DNA of 64,000 nucleotides, from the NCBI RefSeq assembly GCF_006345805.1, contig NC_042999.1, forward strand, positions 70,556,001-70,620,000, given 5' to 3'. The DNA comes from Octopus sinensis (lineage: Eukaryota). Both the position numbers and the translations under genes were made by a program. Positions 24,016 through 35,785 of this stretch are shown here, piece after piece; position 1 is the stretch's first letter; every line of letters begins with the position of its first letter. The notes below the pieces were generated by a model. The model saw nothing but the letters and a program-made list of their open reading frames with translations, was not told the origin of the DNA and searched no databases.

Positions 24016-26559
24016 TGTTACTCATTCTATTTGTCTCCTTTGCTGAACCACTAAATTAGTCACAAAAACAAACCGGCACCAGTTTTTAAGTAGTGAGGAA
24101 CACACAAAAACACACATACACACACACATGTGATGGACTTCTTTCAATTTCCATCAACCAAATCCTCTCACAAGGCTTTACTTGAAGGTAATATTTACCT
24201 CAGTCCTTTTCATCAGCAATGGCTAAATTTGCTTTCGTAGAGAAAGTGAACAAGTAATGCTGTTGATGGTGATCTTTGTTTATAATTAATGTGCACCTGT
24301 CATGAAATGAAATAAATATATTCAAATCTTCTGTAAAAACATGTGTGGTTATGGGGAAATATTACCTTGCTTGGAAACAAGTGAGGGTTTGTGACAGGAA
24401 AAGCATCCTACTATAGAAAATCTGCATCAGCAAATTCTATCTGACCCATGCAAGCATGGAAAACAATGATGAGTACAATGAAAATTTGCATTCATTTAGT
24501 TACTATTACTTATTACAATCTTGATAGGTTATGCAAGATTTCAAGTAATTACACTTATTTTTACAGATTTGTAAAAATGGTTCTGTCTTCTTTTGCACAT
24601 ACACAACTATAGATTTCATCTGCAATAAACTATAAAAATGGTAAAGTAAAAGCTGTATGATAATGAACTGTAAATAAATCATTACTTCATATTCTTGAAA
24701 TCTCTGTTGATTTTTTTTTTTTATTCATTAACTTGGAATAAGAAAATGAAAAGATAAATTCAAATTTAATTTTAATTTCTGGTTATTCTGATATCACACA
24801 CACACACATTTATATCAACTTCCGAGACTAGCTACCATTCATACAAAATTCTCAAGTAAAGTACATTTGCATTCAGTGACTTAGCCTGATTCCTACTTTT
24901 AAATATATTTGCATATGCATACCTGCATGTGTGCACACACATTTAATCACATTTGAACTTGATTGTTGTCATTATATACTCTTATTCTGTTGTCTTTCTC
25001 CTTTGTTAGATTTTATTTTTGTTATTCTTGTCTTTTTTTTTTTTTCTTTTAATATAACAGACCATATCTAATTGAAATTGTCCCAGTTTGGCTATTTTGT
25101 TTTAATCAACTTGTCTTGTTTTTGTTTTCTTTCATTTCTCTCTCATCAGGCAGTGTCAAGTTTTATATCTAACTCTGTTATCTACTGAATATTGATGATT
25201 GAAAGAAAATAGTTGATAAATTGATTAATGATAATAAATAAAATGTATTGAATCTGTCCAGTGCTACTCATCAAATTGTTTATGGCATTTGCATGCATCT
25301 TAAGCATTCACACATAAGGTGACAGAATGTGCTTCCTTTATTATGAGTTAACATTTTCTTACTGTTCAGTGTCTTGAAAGAAGAATGAAGTCTAACCACA
25401 GTTAGTTCTTTATTTAGGACTGTTTTAGGTAACTGTACGGTAATAATGCTTTTGAATGCAGTTCTTGTTTTGTATTCCACAAATCAAGGAAAAAGTTATT
25501 CTGTCTTATGTATTTTTTAATGTCTTCTACATTCTAACTTCCTGATCACCCTTACTTAAAAGCCGTTTTCCAGTTCCTGTGGTATTCTGCTATTCAGATC
25601 TTCTAATAGACTATAGAGGCTCTCTTATTTTGTGTTTGCTAACACATTCTAGGTAAATGAGAGTCTATGGCCAACTAACCAGATTTTATGATATTCTGTT
25701 GCTTTACAATCCTGTGCCATGCTCACCAATTATTTATGGGACATTGTAAATTTTGGAAATATTTCTTGATACTTGACTGTTCTAATTTTCATGCATATCA
25801 TACCATGTGTTGGTATAACATAGTTTCTTCTTCAGTCTTGTGGTCTAATAATTTTGATATACTAAAATATGTTAGAAAATTTTTCACAGGAAACTTAGTC
25901 ATAGGAGTAAACATTTTAAAAACATGCTATAACAAAATAAAAACAAACAAGAAATTCTATATTAGTCTCCTAAATTTTATTAGCCCTCACTAAAGTTTAT
26001 TTGACTGTTGTAGATCATGAAAGCATAAAGTTATTAGTCAGCAGTTATTAAGTTTGTTAAATATTTCAAAGAATTACAGTATGCTTCACTGATTTAATAT
26101 AGTACAGCAAAAATAAAATCTCGGCTCTTTAACCAACTGATTTTATCAAGTTTTCAATCTTAAATTAATCATCTAAGTTTCCATCATCTAGTGTTGGCCA
26201 AATTTCACTTTTGGAAGTTGACAAATACCAGAGAAGTCATTGAAATAGTTTAAATATTTTTCTGATGTTGTATAAACATCAAAAAATCTCCAGTTTGCTT
26301 AAATAATTGTTTTAATGGCAATGATGACATTTTGGAAGAAACTGTTTGATGGGTTTGTGAAGTGCAACATCTTTGGTCTTGCAAAAATAATCTTGCCATA
26401 AAAAGGTCTTCTGTTTTATTACTGATTTTTATATTGTCATCTGTTATAATACAGTAATTGTGTAACTATGAAATTGCAGGAATATTGAATGAGTGTCATG
26501 TATTTAATTAATAGTATTCTGCTATAGCAGAATACATATATATGTACATGGTGCAGCAG

Positions 26560-27910
26560 CATTATAGTCAACTGCTACAAAGGGAAAGGTGATATCTCAG
26601 ACAGAAATAATTAGAGCTATCAAATTTCTGCAGCAGGTCATGAAAGTTACAGAAAGGGCGATAGCACAACTAATTAAGAAGAAAGTTAACTTAGATGAGA
26701 TGCAGTTTGATCTTGTGTCAGGGTAAAGCACTACTGATGTTATCTCCATTGTAAGGCAACTGCAGGAGAAGCACTTAGCAAAAAAAATAAACTGTTATAG
26801 TTGGCATTTGTCAACATGAAGAAAGCTTTTGATAAGGTATCTCACTCATCTTATAGCCAAAGCCATGTACAGGGATGCTTTCAGTAAAGTGATAGTTGGC
26901 ATTGAGTACTGTGACAAATTTAGTGTGCAGGTATGAGTTCATGAAGGATCGATTCTTAGCCTCTTCTTGTTTATCATAGTCCTCCAGGCCATAACTGAGG
27001 AATTTAAAACTAGTTCCCTTTGATAGCTCTTCTATGCCGATGACCTTGTTCTTATAGCTGAATTTCTATTGGAGAATAAATCTCAGGTGTAGAAACAAGG
27101 GCTGGAATCTAAGGGCCTTAAAGTTTATTTAGCAAAGATCAAATTACTAGTAAGCAGGAAAAGAAAACAGACAAATTATTAATCCCTTCATGGAAATGGT
27201 TCTGTTCAACAAGTAAAAAAGATGTAGGTAAAAATTCCATTTGGTGTATCCAGTGCAAGCTATGAATGCATTGAAGATGCAGTGGAATCACAGGAAGATT
27301 AACAAAGAAACTAATCTTTGTGTATGGTAAATTTGCAGGAAATAGATTTCCTCACATGTGCAAGGGAATTCTTAGAGGTATTAGATAGTTTTCATTACGT
27401 TGGTCACCAAATTAGCAATGACAGAGATAGCTCTGAAAGCATAGTTGCTAGAATAAGAACTAGCTGGGCAAAGTTCAGAGAGCTGTTACCTTAGTTGGGA
27501 ACAAAGGGACTCTCCTTCAGAGTGAAAGGCTGACTGTATGATGCCTGTACATAGACAGCTATGATACACAGCAGCATAACATGGGCTGTGTCTGCAGAGG
27601 ATATGCAAAGGCTTGATGGAAATGAAGCCTACATGTGCTGTGTTAGTGAGCATGTACAACAAAATGCAAATGTTTTAAGAAAGAAATTGGACATAAGAGG
27701 CATCAGATGTAGTGTGGATGAGGACACTGCATAAGGAAGTGCCAACCTCTAAATGTGGAGGGGACCTGTAGAAGAGGAGAACCCAGGAAGAGGTAGGATA
27801 AGTGGTGAGAAATAATCTTTTACCATTCAGTGAAAGATCATTGAGCTTCACAGTGGAAATGAAGGATCAAGACAACTGGCAATATGCTGTGTTTGAGAAA
27901 ACCCACATGG
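26560..27910 (+). mobile_element. Decayed RTE-clade LINE reverse transcriptase fragment
   Basis: CYKGKGD, QVMKVTERAIAQLIKKKVNLDEMQF, NMKKAFDKV, LLYADDLVL, SWAKFRELLPL; many stops. Confidence 0.87.
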
Positions 27911-29466
27911 CAAAGTAAAATCCATGTCTATGGCCCCCTCATGTGTTCACCTACCTACATGCATGCAGTATGCCTTGTTAAATTCCTTCTCCACCTCTAG
28001 CTCCTATTCTCCTTTTGAAATCTTGTGAATTCACCCACCTCCCACCATCTCAAATCCCTTGTCCACTCCACTATATACACCACCCTGTAACTTGACTGTA
28101 TGGTCCCTATTTCCTCTCTGTCACATCTTTACCATCTTTCTCTCCTCTCCCTTTCTTTTCCATTTGAGGAAGCCCTGTCTCTCTTCTAATTCAAAGCACC
28201 TTTCAATACTACAGCCCACATTTGAAGAGTCTTGTCCTGCTAGTTACTTGATAACCTCACTGCTGCCTGTTCCACATAAAAAGCACCTGTTACCCTCTTT
28301 AAAGTGGTTAGCATTAGGGAGGACATCTAGCCATATAAACCATGCCTAAACAGACTGCAGGGCTTGATGTAGTCTTCTGACTTGCCTGATCCTATCAAAC
28401 TGTCCATCCCATGCCAGTATGGAAAACAGATGTTAAACAATGATGATGATAATGATGATGACAATATATATATAATTAGAACTGTGTCAGTAGTATGCCC
28501 TAAATACACTCTTGCTCTATATGTGTGTTTTCAAGTATGTAGCAGACTATATTCTGATTAACCACTGTGTGTACAAGTGTGTGTATATAAGTTGCACACT
28601 ATGAATATATCTTCCTGATTTATATGTTTATAAGTACTTGTGTAGCATGTACTTGATACAGTAATAGTATTGGCCAAATATGAAGTAATAAATACTGATT
28701 AATTAAATGAATGCCGTACATCTAATGTATTACATTGTATCTTGCATTTACAACTTAGGTAATTAATATGTAGATGTTTAATGATAGAAGTAAATAAAAG
28801 CTGATCTTTTGAGTTGTGTGTCCATCAATCAGCTAACAACGTGTCAATGTTTACATAAAGTATGCAGTGTTTATGAAAGAACTAAGCAGATATTGCTGGC
28901 TAAAAGATATAATATAAATTTCTAATATATGATGGTAGTAGGAAAATAGTTGAAAATTGAAGAGAGAAAAAAACAGTTGATATAGAAGCATTTGGAGGAA
29001 ACTGGTTTAACCGTGACTGTTGCTAGGTTAGAAATGGCAGTTAAAAAAATTAGAGTACATTATTTTAAAGACCTGTGACTGTAGCAGGAAGTTGTCAAGG
29101 ATTTGTATTTGTTAAGGACTATAAAGCAGAACAATATAATTTATGCCAACAGAGGAAAATATAATTTTGATGAATCTAATAACTGTAATAATAATTTCTA
29201 ACATTGGTATTGATTACACATCTGGAAGGGAATATAATCCATTACATCAACCCCCCAGTGCTTGCCTTATACACGTTTTATTGATCACATAGGCACAAAA
29301 ATCAAAGCTGACTTTAGTGGGATTTGAATTCATAACATACATTATCATAACTAAAGAGAACAAAGCATTTGACCCTTTTAATGTAATTATAATAATAACA
29401 GAGAAATATTAGCTTTTTAGTGATCTCATGCATGTGGATGGTCTTAAGTTGCACATGGAATATGAG

Positions 29467-29908
29467 TAGAGGCTGTGAGACATTCTGAAAATGGTAAAAA
29501 TGTACATCAGAATAGAATTAGAGCTTGACAACTATATCTGTGTCAAAATGACAACATTTTGACACAGATATTCAAAACAGTTAAGCTTGTTGAGTTTAGA
29601 AAAAGTCATGATGAGGAACAAGACTACCATAAAAATCATTGATCAGAATATGGTGTATAAATATTTTGTCATTCATCAATTTAATGAACACAGCAAGATA
29701 ACTGAGATCATTACATAAGAATACTATTGCACAAATATATATAGTGTATTATGGTAGTCTTGTTCCTCATCATGACTTTTTCTAGACTCAACAAGCTTAA
29801 CTGTTTTAAATATCTGTGTCAAAATGACAACATTTTGACACAGTTGTCAAGCTCTAATTCTATTCTGATGTACATTTTTACCATTTTCAGAATGTCTCAC
29901 AGCCTCTA
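29467..29908. repeat. Long inverted repeat (arms 29467-29632 and 29749-29908, 116 bp spacer), probable MITE
   Basis: Arms are reverse complements apart from two substitutions, a short deletion and the 4 nt loop of an internal 17 bp hairpin; TA at both ends. Confidence 0.9.
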
Positions 29909-31588
29909 TATAGCTGGCTTATTAAGATAAGATTATTACAATGATTATTTCAATTACAACACTAATGTACAGACTAATGTACACTTTAAAAACCAACTGT
30001 TTCTTTCTTGCTACTCCTTCTACAATGAAGTAGATCTGTTACTGGACTACAAGATCATAGGTCTGGAGTTCAAATCCATTGCATATGTACTGGTATATAT
30101 TTGGGCAGCTAAAATAATTTAATGTTTGCACAGTGATAGAAATTAGGTTCTAGAACATCCAAGAATATTATTTATAATAAATTGGTGTGTTATCTAAAGG
30201 TGGGGCACCATGTCCTATCTGTCTCATGAAACCAGAAATCAGAACTATGTGTTGACACTTAAAAGTCACTCACAGCTGAGATAACAGTTTAATTTTGTCG
30301 TGTATTTTAGTTCCATAATATATATGTAGAAACTGCTTGCAGTCCTGAAAAAGAGATACACTATTAATCCAATAAATCCATAAGTGAGAAAGTTATTACA
30401 TGGGAAAATTATGATGTGAGCAATAATCCAGAAAAGTAGTTGTGAACAAAACAGACTAGATACGATGGCAACATGTGCTGTAGTTTTCTAAAAGTTAATT
30501 GCTCTAGATAAAACTTAACTGTTGCAAGTATCTTTAAAAAACATTTCTTTGTTTTATTTTTTCTAATTCAATGTAAGGGTTACACTTGGTTGATCATTAT
30601 TTTTTTTTAGAAAAGTTATTTATGTACTAATTAGGAGAATGCAGGTGGTTGATGTTAAGAAATGATACCCTTATGTGACAAGAACATGTAACTATCTAAA
30701 GCCCCAGTCTACATAACTGTAAATAGGACATATAACTTAGTAACAGCTCATTGCTGCTCATAAGAGTAGCAGTCCACTGTAAAACCAGTGAGTGCTTTGT
30801 ATTCTTGTGGATATATATAACATGGAAAGTAATTGGTATCACAGAATACTGGTAATATCAAATGGGAGGCACTTGGCTCCCAGAGGAGGAATTTTAACCA
30901 GGGAAAAATTGAAGAGGAATTTCTGTCAAAGAAGGATCTCCAACTAGAAAAAATTGTGCTGTGTGTGTGTGTATATCATCATCGTCGTCGTTTAACGTCC
31001 GTTCTCCATGCTAGCATGGGTTGGACGGTTCGACCGGGGTTCTGGGAAGCCAGAAGGCTGCACCAGGCTCCAGTCTAATTTGGCAATGTTTCTACAGCTG
31101 GATGCCCTTCCTAACGCCAACCACTCCGTGAGTGTAGTGGGTGCTTTTTACGTATATATATGAGAAAAGGTTGAGTTCTATTTCATCCTTTACTTTGGGA
31201 GGGAGGGGGGTTCCAAAGGTAAATTTCTAATAAAAATTCTTCATATTACATTGGTAGCTTACTGTTGTAAGTATTTTTCGAATATGAAAATGTTACAAGT
31301 ATAAGGTGTGTTATGAGCATTTATAGAAAATGTATTCTATAGAAACTCAACAAACAATTAAAAGATGGAGAAGAGAAGGTGTTAAAAGTTTTTAAAGATT
31401 TCAACCCATGCATACAATTGTTTCAAACAGTAATATTAACATGGTTAATAATCAGAAATTAATCTAATTATAATTAAATTATTTACATATTATTGTTCTC
31501 CTCAGTGCAAAAAAGAATATACCTGCAGAATATCATATTGTTACAGAAGATGGAGTGAGTGTCATATAACATGTTTGGATAGGCATAA

Positions 31589-31866
31589 TCTTTATATATA
31601 AAACTGAAGTTGTGTGTGTGAGAGTCTGTCTCCTCTGATTTAGATTCCTAACTACTCCCATAGTCTTATAGTCGTGATTCATATTGAGCCCTTCTGGGTA
31701 TTAGTGCACGTCTACGATGAGTCTACGATTTAAAAAAAAAATTACCATCATTTTTTCGCATTTTTAATGCATTTTTTGCTCGGTTTATATAAGGAAGTAA
31801 CTCTCTAAAAATGCTTATATAGTTGTTTCCCTTACAAACCCGAGCAACGTCGGGCGTTACTGCTAG
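31589..31866 (+). mobile_element. Non-autonomous Helitron
   Basis: A|TCTTTATATATAAAA 5' end, CCCGA-GCAACG-TCGGG hairpin at 31839-31854, 3' end CTAG|T. These are the canonical Helitron termini in an AT target. Confidence 0.82.
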
Positions 31867-33812
31867 TATACTTATAAAAGATAAAAACATGCCAAGATAC
31901 TGTTGAGTCTAGTTGTGTATGAAATATAACTGATGTGGCTAATGGCTGTTTGAAAATGTAAGTGAAAAATGTTTAAGAATCATTTTCTTTGTATGAAGAT
32001 AAGTAATTAAGTGATATACATTCCATATGAAGCATTTATCATAAGTAAAATATAATATATATTTATATATATGATATATATATATACATATATATACACA
32101 CACACACACACACACATATAAATAAATAAATAATAAGCATCTAATGGGACAGCATAGCTATATTTAAATTTATATTTGATTTTGACAGTTATGAGTGGTA
32201 TATAATGAAAATAAAAACAGAAATTGTTTTAAAAATTCTTTAAATAAGAAATACGAATAGTTAATATAATTTTATATAAGTTACTTGAATTTCAAATGAA
32301 AACAAAGATTTAGGGTTGTGAGGGAGTAATTATTAAGTTAATATAATGGGAAGAAAGATTTATTATTAGTTAAAAAGCATTATATTCATTTGTGTGAAAT
32401 AAGTCTAAAAGGACTAAAAAAAAAAAGAATAGTAGTTAATATTACAGAATTGGGAAAGAAAATACTTGCTACGGTTAAAATTATTAAAAAAGAACATGGT
32501 GATAAAAGAAAGTGTTTTTGAGAGGTTGAGTATGGTAACAATGTAGAGGAGATAAGGCTATGATAAATTCGTAAGAAAGATTTTTTGAAAAATTTCACGT
32601 TTCTATATTTTAATGTTAAACTGTGTTAGATATAAAAAAAATTACTATATAAGTTGAGAATCTAGTTTTGCATAAAAGAGGTAAAAATCCATATTGATAT
32701 TTTTATAAATAATTTTCTAACTTATATAACGTGAAAATCCGTTGTGATATAAGGTAAAAGAATCCGTAGTGATATTTTTATAGATAATTTTCTAACTTAT
32801 ATAGCATAGTGGTGAAAGTGAATGCAAGAAAAAGTATTTTTATTATTAAGGAGTGATAGGTGCGAAAAAATAAGTACATTAAAGATACGAGAAATTATTC
32901 AAATATATAAAATCTCCTATATAAGAGAATAATATTATTTCAAAATATGTATATATATATATATATATATATATTGTATACTGATGCATTTAAAAGGAAA
33001 AAAATCTTTGAAATAAGATAAAAAGATATGTGCATTATGTATATATACACTTGTGTACATATGTAGGTATATACATCCATATATCTGTGTATAATAATAT
33101 GTATATGACATGGATATATATAAACTTTATAAGTTTTATAAGTAAAATATAGAATATAATGTATAATATATTAATTATAATAATCGGTGTTAATATAAAG
33201 TTGAAAAAACATTAGAAGCAGTAATAATAATGATAAATAAATAAAAATGATATTAATGATAATAACGAGAAAAAAAGTGGAAATACTATAAATCTATTTG
33301 TATGTATAACCCCCCAAAAAATTTTTTAAAACTATATCTATGTGTACATTTTGTGGAAGTGATTGTAGTGCACCAAGAAGTACTATAAGTATAAGCATAT
33401 ATCATCTGTAAGCTTTTGATTAATATCAGATAGAAACCCTAAATAATTAAAAAAAATTTTTAATGAAAAAAGTAAAATAAAAAATTGGGATAGTTAAGAG
33501 AGGTAGTCTTTTTTTAAAAAATACATATTATAGAAATGGAATAGGCTATGAATAAGAAGGAAGAAAAAAGGGGGAAAAGATAATGAAAAATTATATGCAA
33601 GGGCAAAATAGTTACTGAAATAGTATTGAAAGGTATTTGCATATATCAATAGCAAAAAGAAAAAAATATCATACAGATCGGCAAAAGGAAATTATGATAA
33701 TTATAACTAATAATATTTAGAATAGGTGAGAGAGGGGTGTATCTAAGTTCTTATTGTAAAAAAAATAAATTACAAAGAAATAATGTGTGTATATATATAT
33801 ATAATATATATA

Positions 33813-33856
<44 letters not shown>

Positions 33857-33944
33857 ATTAAGTAAAGGTCCAAAAATAGTCAAAAATATATATTGAGAAA
33901 AAGAGGAAGGTATATGAATATTTGGTATAGGTGTTATATTAATG

Positions 33945-34836
33945 AAATGCTCAGCAGCATTTCTTTCAGTTTTATCTTCTGAGTTCAAATTTCATCAAGG
34001 TCAATTTTGCATTTCAACCTTTTGGAGTCAATGAAATAAGTATCAGTTAAGCACTGTGGTCGATGTAATTGACTTATCCCCTTCTCCAAACTTGCTGGCC
34101 TTGTATCAAAATTTGAAACCATTATTATTATTATTATTATCATTATTATTGAAGGCAGTGAACTGGCAGAATTGTTAGCATGCCAGGCAAAATGCTTAGC
34201 AGCATTTCATCCATCTTCATATTCAGAGTTCAAATTTCTCTGAGGTTGACTTTACCTTTCATCCTTTTGGGGTCAATAAATTAAGTACAAGTCAAGTACT
34301 GGGATTGATGTGATCAATTATCCCACTCCCCACAAACTCCAGGCCTTGTACCTACAGTAGAAAGGATTATTATTATTATTATATTATCATTATTATTGAA
34401 GGCAGTGAACTGGCAGAATTGTTAGCATGCCAGGCAAAATGCTTAGCAGCATTTCATCCATCTTCATATTCAGAGTTCAAATTTCTCTGAGGTTGACTTT
34501 ACCTTTCATCCTTTTGGGGTCAATAAATTAAGTACAAGTCAAGTACTGGGATTGATGTGATCAATTATCCCACTCCCCACAAACTCCAGGCCTTGTACCT
34601 ACAGTAGAAAGGATTATTATTATTATTATTATTATTATTAAGGCAGCGAGCTGGCAGAATTGTTAGCACACTGGGCGAAATGCTTAGTGGTATTTCATCT
34701 GTCACTACATTCTGAGTTCAAATTCAGCCGAGGTTGACTTTGCCTTTCGTCCTTTCAGGTTTGATAACTTAAGTACCAGTTATGCACTGGGGTCAATGTA
34801 ATCGACTAGTCCTCTTCCCAAATTTCAGGCTTTGTG
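33945..34836 (+). mobile_element. Four head-to-tail SINE family B copies separated by (ATT)n. Other copies (approximate) at 41745-41960, 56655-56860 (+) and 3290-3385, 14420-14600, 46985-47225 (-)
   Basis: GAGCTGGCAGAAT(C/T)GTTAGCA...TTCTGAGTTCAAAT...TTTGCCTTTCATCCTTTCGGGGTCGATAAATTAAGTACC-type core. From memory this resembles a conserved Meta-type SINE domain; not verified. Confidence 0.88.
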
Positions 34837-34839
34837 TCT

Positions 34840-35785
34840 TTTGTATGTGAGCTGTTGTGGTCACCATTTGTTGAACACACTTTTCTGCAGCTCATCTCCT
34901 TGACAGAACCACAGTACTGGATCAGGCATAGACTGAAGCAGGGTGCTTGGCACCTAGAGTGTCTCCGAGTGCTCACAGCTCTCAGCCAGTCAGGCAATGT
35001 GGTCGGTAGAAGTTCCACCTTGGAGTTCTATAGGGGATTAATGGAGGGCAAGAGTGATGACATACTCAGACAGGTCCTGGTGTTGAGGAGGATCAACTGG
35101 CTGGTCTCTTCCAGAGGACTTTCAGGCCGGGAACAATGGATAACTTTCATAAATCCCTGGCCTGGCAGTGCTACCAAGGAGCGCTGCCAGTTCAAGATAA
35201 GCTCTATAGGCACGGGTGTGCAGTCAGTCAGTCTGAGATGCACACAGAGCAATGAAACCGTTCTGTTTGCTCTAGTACAGTACTTGCACATTGCTGACTT
35301 GTGGAGCTTTGTCAAACAGTTATTGTTGCATGTAAGGTGGATCTGGCTATCATCCAAGTCCATTGTGAAGCTCGCCCTGCCTTCTTCCTTTGGCCAAGGC
35401 CCTATTAACTTTTTCAGGTTCCACCTGAAAAGGAAAGTGAGGCTGGAGAGGGAGGTACTGTCACCCAGTAAGTTCATTGAAAGGTGGGTGAATGTGGCAA
35501 GAATGGCCCATGTGGATGGGCCTACTCTAAGTGTGTGCCTGTAGACCAGAAGGAAAGAAGAAGAAAGGGTGCCTTCCTGAGGAGCCATTGGTGTTAAGCG
35601 GTTCAAAGTGAATGCCTCTTTGCTCACCTTATGGTGGAACTCCCCATTGTTGGAAGTATATTGTTGATTTAATCTCTTTGTTAATTGTGTTTGTTGGCTG
35701 TTTACACGTTTAACCTCACTGTCCCTTGTCTGTGTATTGTCCTCTATGTTTTGTGTTCAGCCCTGGTGGCCAGTAAAGAAAGAAT
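34840..35785 (+). mobile_element. Tx1/L1-clade LINE, 3' fragment (ORF2 C-terminal Cys/His region and 3'UTR)
   Basis: ORF 34834-35544 with FYRGLMEGKSDD, LRCTQSNETVLFALVQY (decayed CxxC-ETxxH-like motif) and FFRFHLKRKVRLERE..F.ERWVNVAR. Ends AGTAAAGAAAG followed by (ATT)n. Confidence 0.7.

Noticed and set aside
25621-25660. AG|GTAAAT near the middle of intron 1 (recursive splice site candidate) and stacked acceptor-like tracts at ~25009-25149
   Set aside because: Weak pyrimidine tract, several similar AGGT motifs occur by chance, and the frames after the acceptors hit stops at once. Only nascent RNA saw-tooth data could support it.
35028-35627. 199 aa minus-strand ORF
   Set aside because: Antisense of the Tx1/L1 fragment; the + frame carries the recognisable motifs.
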